From Chloroflexia bacterium (GTDB lineage: Bacteria; Chloroflexota; Chloroflexia; QHBQ01), in assembly GCA_038230695.1 (NCBI GenBank), contig JBBRMT010000003.1, positions 1 to 54,247 on the forward strand: a stretch of 54,247 nucleotides of DNA, given 5' to 3'. The first letter of the stretch is position 1. Each line of letters begins with the position of its first letter. Below, in pieces: positions 46,792-54,247 of this stretch. Both the position numbers and the translations under genes were made by a program. The notes beneath the pieces were generated by a model. That model worked only from the letters and a program-made list of their open reading frames with translations. It made no database searches and was not told the DNA's origin.

Positions 46792-46840
46792 AATGTATTC
46801 TAAACTTTGGGACAACTCATTTTAGGCTAGGGGTTTGGCA

Positions 46841-47386
46841 ATGCAAATCTGGCTGACAATCCTGCTTATTATAGTCGTTGCGTTGGCGACGCTGATCAGC
46901 CTCGATGCCCGCCGCCGCCGAATAGCGAGTGGGTTGCCCGCTGGTGAGGTGGTGGAGCAGGATACCCTACCTGCTAAGGATGCTGTTGCAGCGACTGCGC
47001 GAACGCTGCGCTCGTGGCGTTACGGGTTGGTGGGCAATCCTGATTATCTGGTGGAGGAAGACGGATATACCATCCCAATAGAGGTGAAGACTACCCCGCA
47101 CGTAAGCCGCCCCCGCGAAGGTCACGCGATGCAGCTATACGCCTACTGCCTGCTAGTGGAGGAAGAGTACGGCGTGGCTCCGCCTTACGGCATCCTGCGT
47201 TACCCTGACCAACGCTTTAAGCTACCCTATGGACGACGCGAACGCGCCTGGGTCCTTGAGACCATGAACCTGATGCGCGAAGACGAAGCCAGCGACGATG
47301 AAGTTACCCCTAATCACGATCAGCCTGCCCGCTGCCGCAGTTGCCAGTTCCTCGATACTTGCGGCATGGACCTTATAGGGGAGTGA
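46841..47386 (+). CDS. Solo Cas4-like PD-(D/E)xK nuclease with N-terminal membrane anchor
   Basis: TM helix, G.PDY...PIEVKT, QLYAY and C-terminal CRSC.....C. No other cas genes or array in the window. The start could be the TTG at 46835. Confidence 0.8.
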   Translation: MQIWLTILLIIVVALATLISLDARRRRIASGLPAGEVVEQDTLPAKDAVAATARTLRSWRYGLVGNPDYLVEEDGYTIPIEVKTTPHVSRPREGHAMQLYAYCLLVEEEYGVAPPYGILRYPDQRFKLPYGRRERAWVLETMNLMREDEASDDEVTPNHDQPARCRSCQFLDTCGMDLIGE

Positions 47387-47387
47387 T

Positions 47388-47539
47388 GAGTTTTGAGTTT
47401 TGAGTTTTGAGTTTTGAATTGAATAAGTGGAAGTTTGGCGGCCAACTACGTATTTCAACAAAGGTAGGTGAGCCTTGAAAAATGCAAACCTCTGGTCATC
47501 CCTCTATAACTCAAAACTCAAAACTCAAAACTCAAAACT
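47388..47539. repeat. Inverted pair of heptamer tracts, (GAGTTTT)x4 ... (AACTCAA)x4
   Basis: Tracts at 47388-47417 and 47508-47539 are reverse complements. Confidence 0.8.
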
Positions 47540-49250
47540 GGTTATTCTTGCCGTTTATGTAATAATCGCCCTACTGGTACCTCCCCAGCATGGGTATCCG
47601 ATTGACGACGATTGGATATATGCCCAGGCAGTGCGCGATGTGCTGCACGGGGGGTTCGCCTTCCCCGGCTGGGCGCAGGCCAGCCAGCTTACCCACGCAC
47701 TGTGGGGGGCGGGATTTGCCGCTATCTTCGGCTTCAGCTTCACCACACTGGCCTGGTCAATGTTGACGCTGGCGGCAATTGGCAGCCTGACCTTCTACGC
47801 GATGCTGCGGCGGCTGCAGGTGGGCGCGAATACTGCGCTACTCGGCGCTTTGCTGCTGGCCTGCAACCCCATCCTTATCCACCTCAATTATAGCTTTATG
47901 ACCGAAGCCAGCTTCTTGACCTACACCTTGCTGGCCTGCTACTGCTACCTGCGCGGCTTGCAAGATGGTGGAGAACGCTGGTTGTGGCTGGGTGGGGCAA
48001 TGAGCGGAGTGGCGCTGCTCGATCGCCAGTTTGGGGTGATGGTTGCGGTGGCCGCGCTACTCTACCTGCTGCTCAAGCGCCAGCTAAAATGGCGGCGGGC
48101 TTTCGCGGTGGCTTTGCTACCCGCGCTGGCGCTGGGCGGGCTGCTCATCTGGCAAGCAAACCAGCCGCCCGCCGAGATAAATGTGCAAACCGCCGCGCAG
48201 GTGCAGGCTTTGCTCCACAATCCACCGGAGGTAATCTGGGAGCATCTATCCCGCCTGCTTATTACTCTGCCCGTGTTGGGATTGTTTGCGCCGCTAGCAT
48301 TCCACTGGCGCAGCCGTGTCTTCGCCGTCTATGCAACTATCCTGATGGCCGCAGTAATCGGCTGGTACGTCTACAGTGACACCACTTCCTTCGACTACAA
48401 CGATGGCAACATCTTCGATAGCGGGGGGTTCATGCCGCCAGTGATGTTCTACTTCCGCATCGTCACACTCGGCCCGACCTGGCTGTGGTTCGCCCTAAGC
48501 ATCGTGGCCGCGCTGCTAACTGCTGGTCTGCTAGCCGCCGCAACTGAAGCAGCGGCTGAATGGTGGCACTGTGCTGCCCACCCTCTAATGGGAGAGACGC
48601 TTTATGTCTCCCCTCCCCGCGAGAGGGGCTGGGGGTGGGTCTACACCGCCCGTGAAAGCCTTGCCCCCAGCCACTTCGTCTACCTTGCTGGTGCGCTGGT
48701 GGGGTTGCCTGGTCTGCTGATTACTGCCAATTTTATGGATCGCTATCTGATACCGCTGCTGCCTTTCCTCATCCTCGCCGCCTTGCGCCGCCCCAACAGG
48801 GCGAACAACGCTTCGCCCCTACTGAACCTTCGCCTAAAACCCAGATCTCATCCCACATACCTCATACCTCGTTACTCATGCCTCATCGTCCTCATTGCCT
48901 TCTCGCTCATCACCCAGCGCGACTACTTCGCCTACGCCCAGGCACGATGGGATGCGGGCGAGTGGGTGATCAGTCAGGGGGTGGCGTATACGCAGTTGGA
49001 TGGGGGTTATGAGTGGAATGGCTGGTGGTTGTACGAACAGGCAGCGGCGCAGGTGCGTGGCAAGGTGGACGTGCAGTATCCACCCACTTCGCCCGCTGGC
49101 CCCGGCTTTCCGCCCGATGCGGTAATTGACCCTATCTGGCGCTTGGAGATTAACGAGAGTGAAGGTTATCGCACGATCAAACAGTTCGGCTACACTAGCT
49201 GGCTTGATGGCGGCAAGACACATTACGTGCTAGCACTGAAAAAGCAGTGA
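47475..49250 (+). CDS. GT-C fold membrane glycosyltransferase (ArnT/PMT, family 39-like)
   Basis: DDDWIYA acidic loop after TM1, SFMTE, RQ and DRYL.P motifs, with many TM helices. The start is uncertain. Confidence 0.82.
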   Translation: MKNANLWSSLYNSKLKTQNSKLVILAVYVIIALLVPPQHGYPIDDDWIYAQAVRDVLHGGFAFPGWAQASQLTHALWGAGFAAIFGFSFTTLAWSMLTLAAIGSLTFYAMLRRLQVGANTALLGALLLACNPILIHLNYSFMTEASFLTYTLLACYCYLRGLQDGGERWLWLGGAMSGVALLDRQFGVMVAVAALLYLLLKRQLKWRRAFAVALLPALALGGLLIWQANQPPAEINVQTAAQVQALLHNPPEVIWEHLSRLLITLPVLGLFAPLAFHWRSRVFAVYATILMAAVIGWYVYSDTTSFDYNDGNIFDSGGFMPPVMFYFRIVTLGPTWLWFALSIVAALLTAGLLAAATEAAAEWWHCAAHPLMGETLYVSPPRERGWGWVYTARESLAPSHFVYLAGALVGLPGLLITANFMDRYLIPLLPFLILAALRRPNRANNASPLLNLRLKPRSHPTYLIPRYSCLIVLIAFSLITQRDYFAYAQARWDAGEWVISQGVAYTQLDGGYEWNGWWLYEQAAAQVRGKVDVQYPPTSPAGPGFPPDAVIDPIWRLEINESEGYRTIKQFGYTSWLDGGKTHYVLALKKQ

Positions 49251-49411
49251 TGAGTGATGAATTATGAATTATGAATGAGCATCGTACTAAGAATGTTTCG
49301 ATAGGCAGTAATGCGCTTCACCGGGGCGCGATAAATCTGCGCCCCTACATGGCTCCAATCAAATTGCTGGTGATATAATTATTCATAATTCATAATTCAT
49401 CATTCATAATC
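49248..49411. repeat. Composite intergenic repeat: (TGAATTA)n - REP - (TTCATAA)n
   Basis: Inverted heptamer arms flank GGGCGCGATAAATCTGCGCCCCTAC (49324-49348). Confidence 0.8.
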
Positions 49412-51503
49412 ACCGCCCCCGCTCGGCGCATTCCATGCTACAAAAGTTCTTCTTATTGATGATCCCCGAAGTAATCACATCGTTGGCGCAGACTGCCTTG
49501 CCGCAGGTGCGGCACTGCACCAGTTGCTCAGGAGGGAACAGCTTGCCGCAGATGGTGCAGAAGCCACGTCCGGGCATATTGGTTTCGCGCATCAGGAAGT
49601 TGGGCCGCCCGCGATATTGCCCAATGCGGCTGCCCTCGTAGACGCTGAAGGTGTAGCGCTGTCCGCGCAGCAGCAGGTTGGCGTTCCACAATGCGGCATA
49701 GATAGGCACCGCCACATTGAAGGCGAAGTCCTCCGGGCGAGGGCCGACCGTCTGGCTCATGTTCAGGCTGGCGTATTCGACCAGTTGCTCGTTGGCGGTG
49801 GCTAGTTCGCGGCGGGCGCGTTGCTGCAACTCATTATCCTCGTATGTGTAGGGCCTGGGTGGCGGCAGCGGGCCATAACCGGCGGGCAGACGGCTGAAAT
49901 CTATCTGCTGGATGGTATCCAGTGGCGGGATGCTGACGCTGCCCTCGGCTGGGGTACTCAGCACATTGATGCCTTTCCACTCCGGCAGCCACAGGTCAGC
50001 GAGAGGCGCATCGAGGGCCGCACCGTTCGAGCCGTCTATTATGATCGCTCCCTGCTTCTTCAGCCAGCGGTTGGCCTGAGCAATCACCGTGTCCAGAGAG
50101 TAGACGACCAGGTAGAGCGGTAGCAGGGTGAGGGACTGAGGATAGACATCGAGCGGTTCGCTGAGGGGAAGAAACTGAATCAGCCCACGTAGGTAGAGGG
50201 TTAGCGAGGGACGAATATCGTCGTTGCTGCTGAAGCGAAAGGCGTAGCTGGCGGTTAGCACATTGCTCTGGGGGTTGAGTCGTTCGCCGAGGCTGCCGCC
50301 ACGTCGCGCATTGTTGGCAAGGCGGTCGAGGCGCGGGCCGGAGTATGTACCAGATTGGGGCGCGGAGTTGTTGCCAGCGGGCGGCGCAACTGGCACGGCA
50401 CGACTGAGCAAGGGATTGGCGGACGGATTGAGCGCCGCTGAAGTCAACGTCTGCGAACCCATCTGGCGATCGGACATTGACATTAGTTGCCCGGCTGTGG
50501 GTGGTGGCGGTGCGGCAAGGATGTCGCTGATGGCTGCCCGTGCCTGCACGGCGGTGGGCCGCTCTGCCGGGTTGAGCGATAGCATCCGTTCCACTAGCCG
50601 CTCGGTGGCGGGGGTTATGTTGGCCTTGAGTCGGCGCAGCGGCGGAAAGTTGGTCAGGCGGCGGATGAGGTCGAGGTTGAGGTCAGGGTAGGCGTTAAAG
50701 GGGTCGCGGGGGTCGCGGCCAGTGAGCAGGTGGTGCATGGTTGCGCCCAGGGCGTAGAGGTCGCTGGCGGGCTGGGCGTGGCCCATCCACTGTTCGATGG
50801 GGGTGTAGCCAGCCGTTCCCGCCGCGTTGCTCAAGCCGTCGGCAACCATGCCCGCCGCAAGCCCGCCGGTATCAGAGGTCATTTCCTTCGCCAGTCCGAA
50901 GTCCACCAGCTTGATACGGGCCTGGGTATCCACAATGATGTTGGCGGGTTTGATGTCGCGGTGGACGACCGGCTCAGGCTTCTGGTTGTGGATGAAGGCC
51001 AGCACATCACAGATCGCTAGCGCATCTTGCAGCACCTCGCGCTCTGGCAGCGGGCCGAGGCGACGCAGGCGTTGCTCCAGGTTTTCGCCCGCGATGTACT
51101 GCATTACCAGGTAGTGGCGTGGCCCCTCGCTGAAGTGGTCGTAGGTCTGGGGGATAGCCGGTTGGTCGGCGCTGAGGTGGGCAAGGATGAGCGCCTCGCG
51201 GCGGAAGTCGTTGGTGGCGCGGCTGGTGTCGGTTGGCGAATCGGTGTAGACCTGCAACTCCTTCACCACACAGGGGCGAGAGAGGTGCCGATCCTCAGCC
51301 AGATACACCGCGCCCATGCCGCCCTGACCCAGCAGCCGCTGGATGAAGTAGCGACCACTTGCCAGAGTGGTGCCAGCCAGCAGCAGGCTATTGGTCACAT
51401 CCTGCAAGCGCAGCCCGCAAAATGGGCAGAAGCGGGCATCCGAGCGCACCGGATTGGCGCAGCGCGGGCAAACATCAGTCTGGTTGGGGGGGGCGACAGC
51501 CAT
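49410..51503 (-). CDS. Hanks-type Ser/Thr protein kinase with N-terminal zinc ribbon and C-terminal Cys-rich domain
   Basis: CPRC..CPFCG, LGQGGMGAVY, VVKE, HRDIKPAN, DFG, GT.GY.P.EQ and DLYALG motifs. Confidence 0.93.
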   Translation of the reverse strand: MAVAPPNQTDVCPRCANPVRSDARFCPFCGLRLQDVTNSLLLAGTTLASGRYFIQRLLGQGGMGAVYLAEDRHLSRPCVVKELQVYTDSPTDTSRATNDFRREALILAHLSADQPAIPQTYDHFSEGPRHYLVMQYIAGENLEQRLRRLGPLPEREVLQDALAICDVLAFIHNQKPEPVVHRDIKPANIIVDTQARIKLVDFGLAKEMTSDTGGLAAGMVADGLSNAAGTAGYTPIEQWMGHAQPASDLYALGATMHHLLTGRDPRDPFNAYPDLNLDLIRRLTNFPPLRRLKANITPATERLVERMLSLNPAERPTAVQARAAISDILAAPPPPTAGQLMSMSDRQMGSQTLTSAALNPSANPLLSRAVPVAPPAGNNSAPQSGTYSGPRLDRLANNARRGGSLGERLNPQSNVLTASYAFRFSSNDDIRPSLTLYLRGLIQFLPLSEPLDVYPQSLTLLPLYLVVYSLDTVIAQANRWLKKQGAIIIDGSNGAALDAPLADLWLPEWKGINVLSTPAEGSVSIPPLDTIQQIDFSRLPAGYGPLPPPRPYTYEDNELQQRARRELATANEQLVEYASLNMSQTVGPRPEDFAFNVAVPIYAALWNANLLLRGQRYTFSVYEGSRIGQYRGRPNFLMRETNMPGRGFCTICGKLFPPEQLVQCRTCGKAVCANDVITSGIINKKNFCSMECAERGR

Positions 51504-51578
51504 AAGCAAGTGATTAGTGATTAGTGATGAATGATGAATTGGGTTGCGGTTGGCTCCGCGAATCCAGGATGAGTGGGC

Positions 51579-53339
51579 TTACCAGTAGCCCTCATAGTCG
51601 AAGCTACGGGCTATTTCGTAACCAAGGCGGCCCAGTTCGATGCCTTCAGGATGCAGCTCCATCCGCGCTCGCTCGAAGTATTGCACAGTCAAGCCGTCGG
51701 CCTGGGTCACTGGTTCGGATAGCGGGTAGCCGAAGGTGGCGAGGCCGCCATGCGTCTGCCAGTAATCGAGGAACTTGCCGCTCAGGTTGTGCTGGCTCTG
51801 GCTGAAGTACATCGCGGGCAACGCAGGTTGGTTCAGGGGCTGGGTTGCGGTTAGCGGTGCGGTTGCAGATGCGCCTGGTTGCTTTGGCAGAGGAGTGGTA
51901 TTGGGCGACGAAGGGGGCGTAGGTGCGCCCCAGGTAGCGCTGCCAGCCACAGGCGCGGCGTTGGGATAGCTCAACTTATTTAGGGCCATCGCTTCCTGCC
52001 CCAGCAAGCCAAACTCAAGCGTGCCGCCGCTGTCGCAGCAGGGCTGACCGGCGCTGGGGTGAAACTCGAAGCGGGCGCGTTCGGTATATTGTACCAAATT
52101 GCCACCCTGCATTGCCGCCTCGTGCAGCGGGTAGCCAAACATCGCCAGACCGCCACCCTGCTGCCAGGCAGCCACAAAGTGATGGTCGAGGTGGCGCTTC
52201 ACTTCGGGAAAGTAGAGGTCGCCGGGCTGGGCTACTGGCTTGGAGGGTAGGAACGAGCGAATCAGTCGCTCCTGGTCGGTCAACACTGGCATAAAGTCGG
52301 GCTGGTGAGAAATGTCGGCCAGCGCGGTGTAGGTGCGCGACACCGAGTTCAGGCTGCCGTCGGGGTCGAGCTTAAAGAACCAGAACGGGTCAGTCTGGCC
52401 GTTGGGAACATACTGGCTTGGCACATAGGCAAGGGGCATCGCCGTCACCACCGTGGGATCGCTCTCCCAGTCGGGCCAGGCCAGGCGCAGGAAGTTGGCG
52501 GTATCCTGGTCGGTATAAGGGAAGTGAGGGTCGAGGCCCGCTTCGAGGATGTAGACCGGCATATTCTTGCCCATCAGCTCAAGTTGCTTCTGATAGCCGA
52601 AGAAGTTCCAACGGGGGTTGTCGGGGTAGGGCCGAATGGCGTAGATGTTGATGGCTGCGCCGTCAATATAATCGAACACGGTGGGCATATGCTGGCGCAT
52701 CGCTGCGATGAAGGTCATCGGGCTGATCGCGGTGCCGGGCAGGTCGGGCGCTCCCAGAGTGATTGCCCCCATCAGGATGGTGTACTTGACATCAGGGTTG
52801 GCGTTGGCCCGCAGGGTGCGGGCGAGGGTGACGAGGTAATCGGCGTATCCGGCGGGGTCGGAGTTACCGCCCCACTCGCTATCCAGGTTCATCTCATTGC
52901 CAACTGCGATGATGCGGGGCAGGCCGTGCCAGTCGAGGTTGTTGAGGATGTTGGCCCAGTTCAGCGCGTCGCTAGTAGTTGGGAGAGGCCAGGGCTGGCT
53001 GGGCTGACCCTGCGTCTCGGCCAGGCGTAGCACCGGGGTGAGGTGCAGGCTGTAACAGTTGAGCATCAAGTCGGGCAGGCGATACGCCTCTTCCGGCGAC
53101 ACCACCACGCCAACGTAACCCCACTCGCCTACTGCGCCAGCGGCAGCCTTGAGGTGAGCCAGGTCGTAGAAGCCTGCCAGATTGATGCCCAGCTTGTTGG
53201 GATTGGCCGCCTTAGTCACTTGCGGCACGGCAAAGAGGCTGAAGAAAGGAAGGATGAGGATGATGGCAAGGAGCGGATAATATCGGCGCGTCCTCTTGCG
53301 GAGCGGGGGCAGCGGCATTGTGTTCAACTTTGTCTCCAT
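51579..53339 (-). CDS. Secreted glycoside hydrolase (clan GH-A/GH5-like) with C-terminal Chloroflexota-type 'FGYP..E...VQY.ERAR.E' repeats
   Basis: Signal peptide, VGNEMN and YILEAG catalytic-type motifs, and two surface repeats. The start is at 53339 or 53318. Confidence 0.78.
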   Translation of the reverse strand: METKLNTMPLPPLRKRTRRYYPLLAIILILPFFSLFAVPQVTKAANPNKLGINLAGFYDLAHLKAAAGAVGEWGYVGVVVSPEEAYRLPDLMLNCYSLHLTPVLRLAETQGQPSQPWPLPTTSDALNWANILNNLDWHGLPRIIAVGNEMNLDSEWGGNSDPAGYADYLVTLARTLRANANPDVKYTILMGAITLGAPDLPGTAISPMTFIAAMRQHMPTVFDYIDGAAINIYAIRPYPDNPRWNFFGYQKQLELMGKNMPVYILEAGLDPHFPYTDQDTANFLRLAWPDWESDPTVVTAMPLAYVPSQYVPNGQTDPFWFFKLDPDGSLNSVSRTYTALADISHQPDFMPVLTDQERLIRSFLPSKPVAQPGDLYFPEVKRHLDHHFVAAWQQGGGLAMFGYPLHEAAMQGGNLVQYTERARFEFHPSAGQPCCDSGGTLEFGLLGQEAMALNKLSYPNAAPVAGSATWGAPTPPSSPNTTPLPKQPGASATAPLTATQPLNQPALPAMYFSQSQHNLSGKFLDYWQTHGGLATFGYPLSEPVTQADGLTVQYFERARMELHPEGIELGRLGYEIARSFDYEGYW

Positions 53340-53507
53340 CGTAGGCTTCAGGTTTGTGGTTTGAGGTTTGAGTGTGTAGATTATGCCATCAGTCGGTTGG
53401 TTGTCTTTTGCTTGATTGCTGAAGGTATGGTCATTATACCCTATAATGCCAACGTTGCAAAATAGCAGAAAGGTACTCATTGCTATCTTTCATACGTTTC
53501 TCCTTGC

Positions 53508-54005
53508 TTATACCTTCAAAGAGCCAAAGCCTTGCCAAACCTGCGTTCCCAATGAAGGTAGAAGGAACAGGGTGAAGAACATGAGCAACACTGCACCGAC
53601 CACCAACGCAGGGATACTAAGCGCGGCCACGATTTGCCTATGGCTGGCGTGATTTTGCTGCCACAGGGCCACGCTACTGAGGACGAACCCAGCGATCGCC
53701 AACACCATAGCGGCATAGCTAACCGCATCATGCCCACCCCAGCCAAATGGCTTGATGCTCAGTTTGTCAACAATGGCTGCCAGCGTCCAGACCTCGAACA
53801 AAGCAGCTACCGCCAGCGCGGTGCAGAGCGCCCCCACTGCCGCGCAATAAGTAACCCAGCGATGCTCTACACGCAGCGCAGGCTGATGCGCCAGCGGCGC
53901 TTTGCGGTTGACTACGGGGCGGAGGGGGGTAGCGGGCGGATGCATTGGGCCTACGTAGCTGGTAATCTCCACGCCGTCCCAAAAGGACGTTTCATTACTG
54001 CTCAT
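53508..54005 (-). CDS. Hypothetical three-TM membrane protein
   Basis: GAGGTGG RBS and hydrophobic segments; overlaps the upstream gene. Confidence 0.65.
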   Translation of the reverse strand: MSSNETSFWDGVEITSYVGPMHPPATPLRPVVNRKAPLAHQPALRVEHRWVTYCAAVGALCTALAVAALFEVWTLAAIVDKLSIKPFGWGGHDAVSYAAMVLAIAGFVLSSVALWQQNHASHRQIVAALSIPALVVGAVLLMFFTLFLLPSLGTQVWQGFGSLKV

Positions 54006-54246
54006 TGCCTACCACCTCTCTGCACATCAGTTGATTATCAAAGAACCCCACGATGACGCGGTTGAGTTCGCCTAGCCTCGGTTGGATGAAGCGACCCATG
54101 GGCAGCAACGCATGGTTGGCGTGCCGCACCCTCACCAAGCGCGAGGGTACACCCGCTGCCAGCAGCCTTTCGTGCAACGCCTGGGATTGCTGCGGCGGCA
54201 CCATCATGTCGCGTTCGCCATGTATGATCAGAAAGGGCGGCGCGGC
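53995..54246 (-). CDS. Alpha/beta hydrolase (esterase/lipase), C-terminal part (truncated by window edge)
   Basis: The frame is open to the edge and reads PPFLIIHGERD..VP..QS...A.H. Confidence 0.8.
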   Translation of the reverse strand, partial: AAPPFLIIHGERDMMVPPQQSQALHERLLAAGVPSRLVRVRHANHALLPMGRFIQPRLGELNRVIVGFFDNQLMCREVVGNEQ

Positions 54247-54247
54247 A

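Noticed and set aside
45649-47386. CRISPR-Cas locus suggested by the Cas4-like gene and nearby repeats
   Set aside because: The repeats are inverted pairs and dispersed, not direct repeats with regular spacers, and no cas1/cas2 or effector genes are present.

Overview
This 54 kb window is GC-rich bacterial chromosome, most likely Chloroflexota. That is inferred from SLH proteins with Pro/Thr linkers and 'FGYPL(S/H)E' surface repeats. It holds about 45 genes: envelope proteins (PBP1A, SLH proteins, glycosyltransferases, two secreted glycoside hydrolases), queA, family-4 UDG, butyryl-CoA dehydrogenases, a CorC-USP-TrkA-TrkA cluster and two type II restriction-modification systems (one intact EcoRV-like, one doubly disrupted NotI-like). 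It also holds udk, a membrane-anchored solo Cas4-like nuclease and a Ser/Thr kinase. I saw no rRNA, tRNA, CRISPR array or transposase. The best candidate for an undescribed system is at 41,985-43,533: a 48-aa secreted peptide ending in C-x6-C, behind a promoter with phased TGACC repeats and convergent with an HTH-less TPR protein, which resembles an RRNPP-type peptide signalling module. The window is also dense in small repeats: GTAG REPs, CCCTCTCCC palindromes, 7-mer tracts and a ~140-bp inverted-repeat element with a variable core. Several of these have invaded coding sequences in frame. All calls come from reading motifs by eye; no database searches were run.
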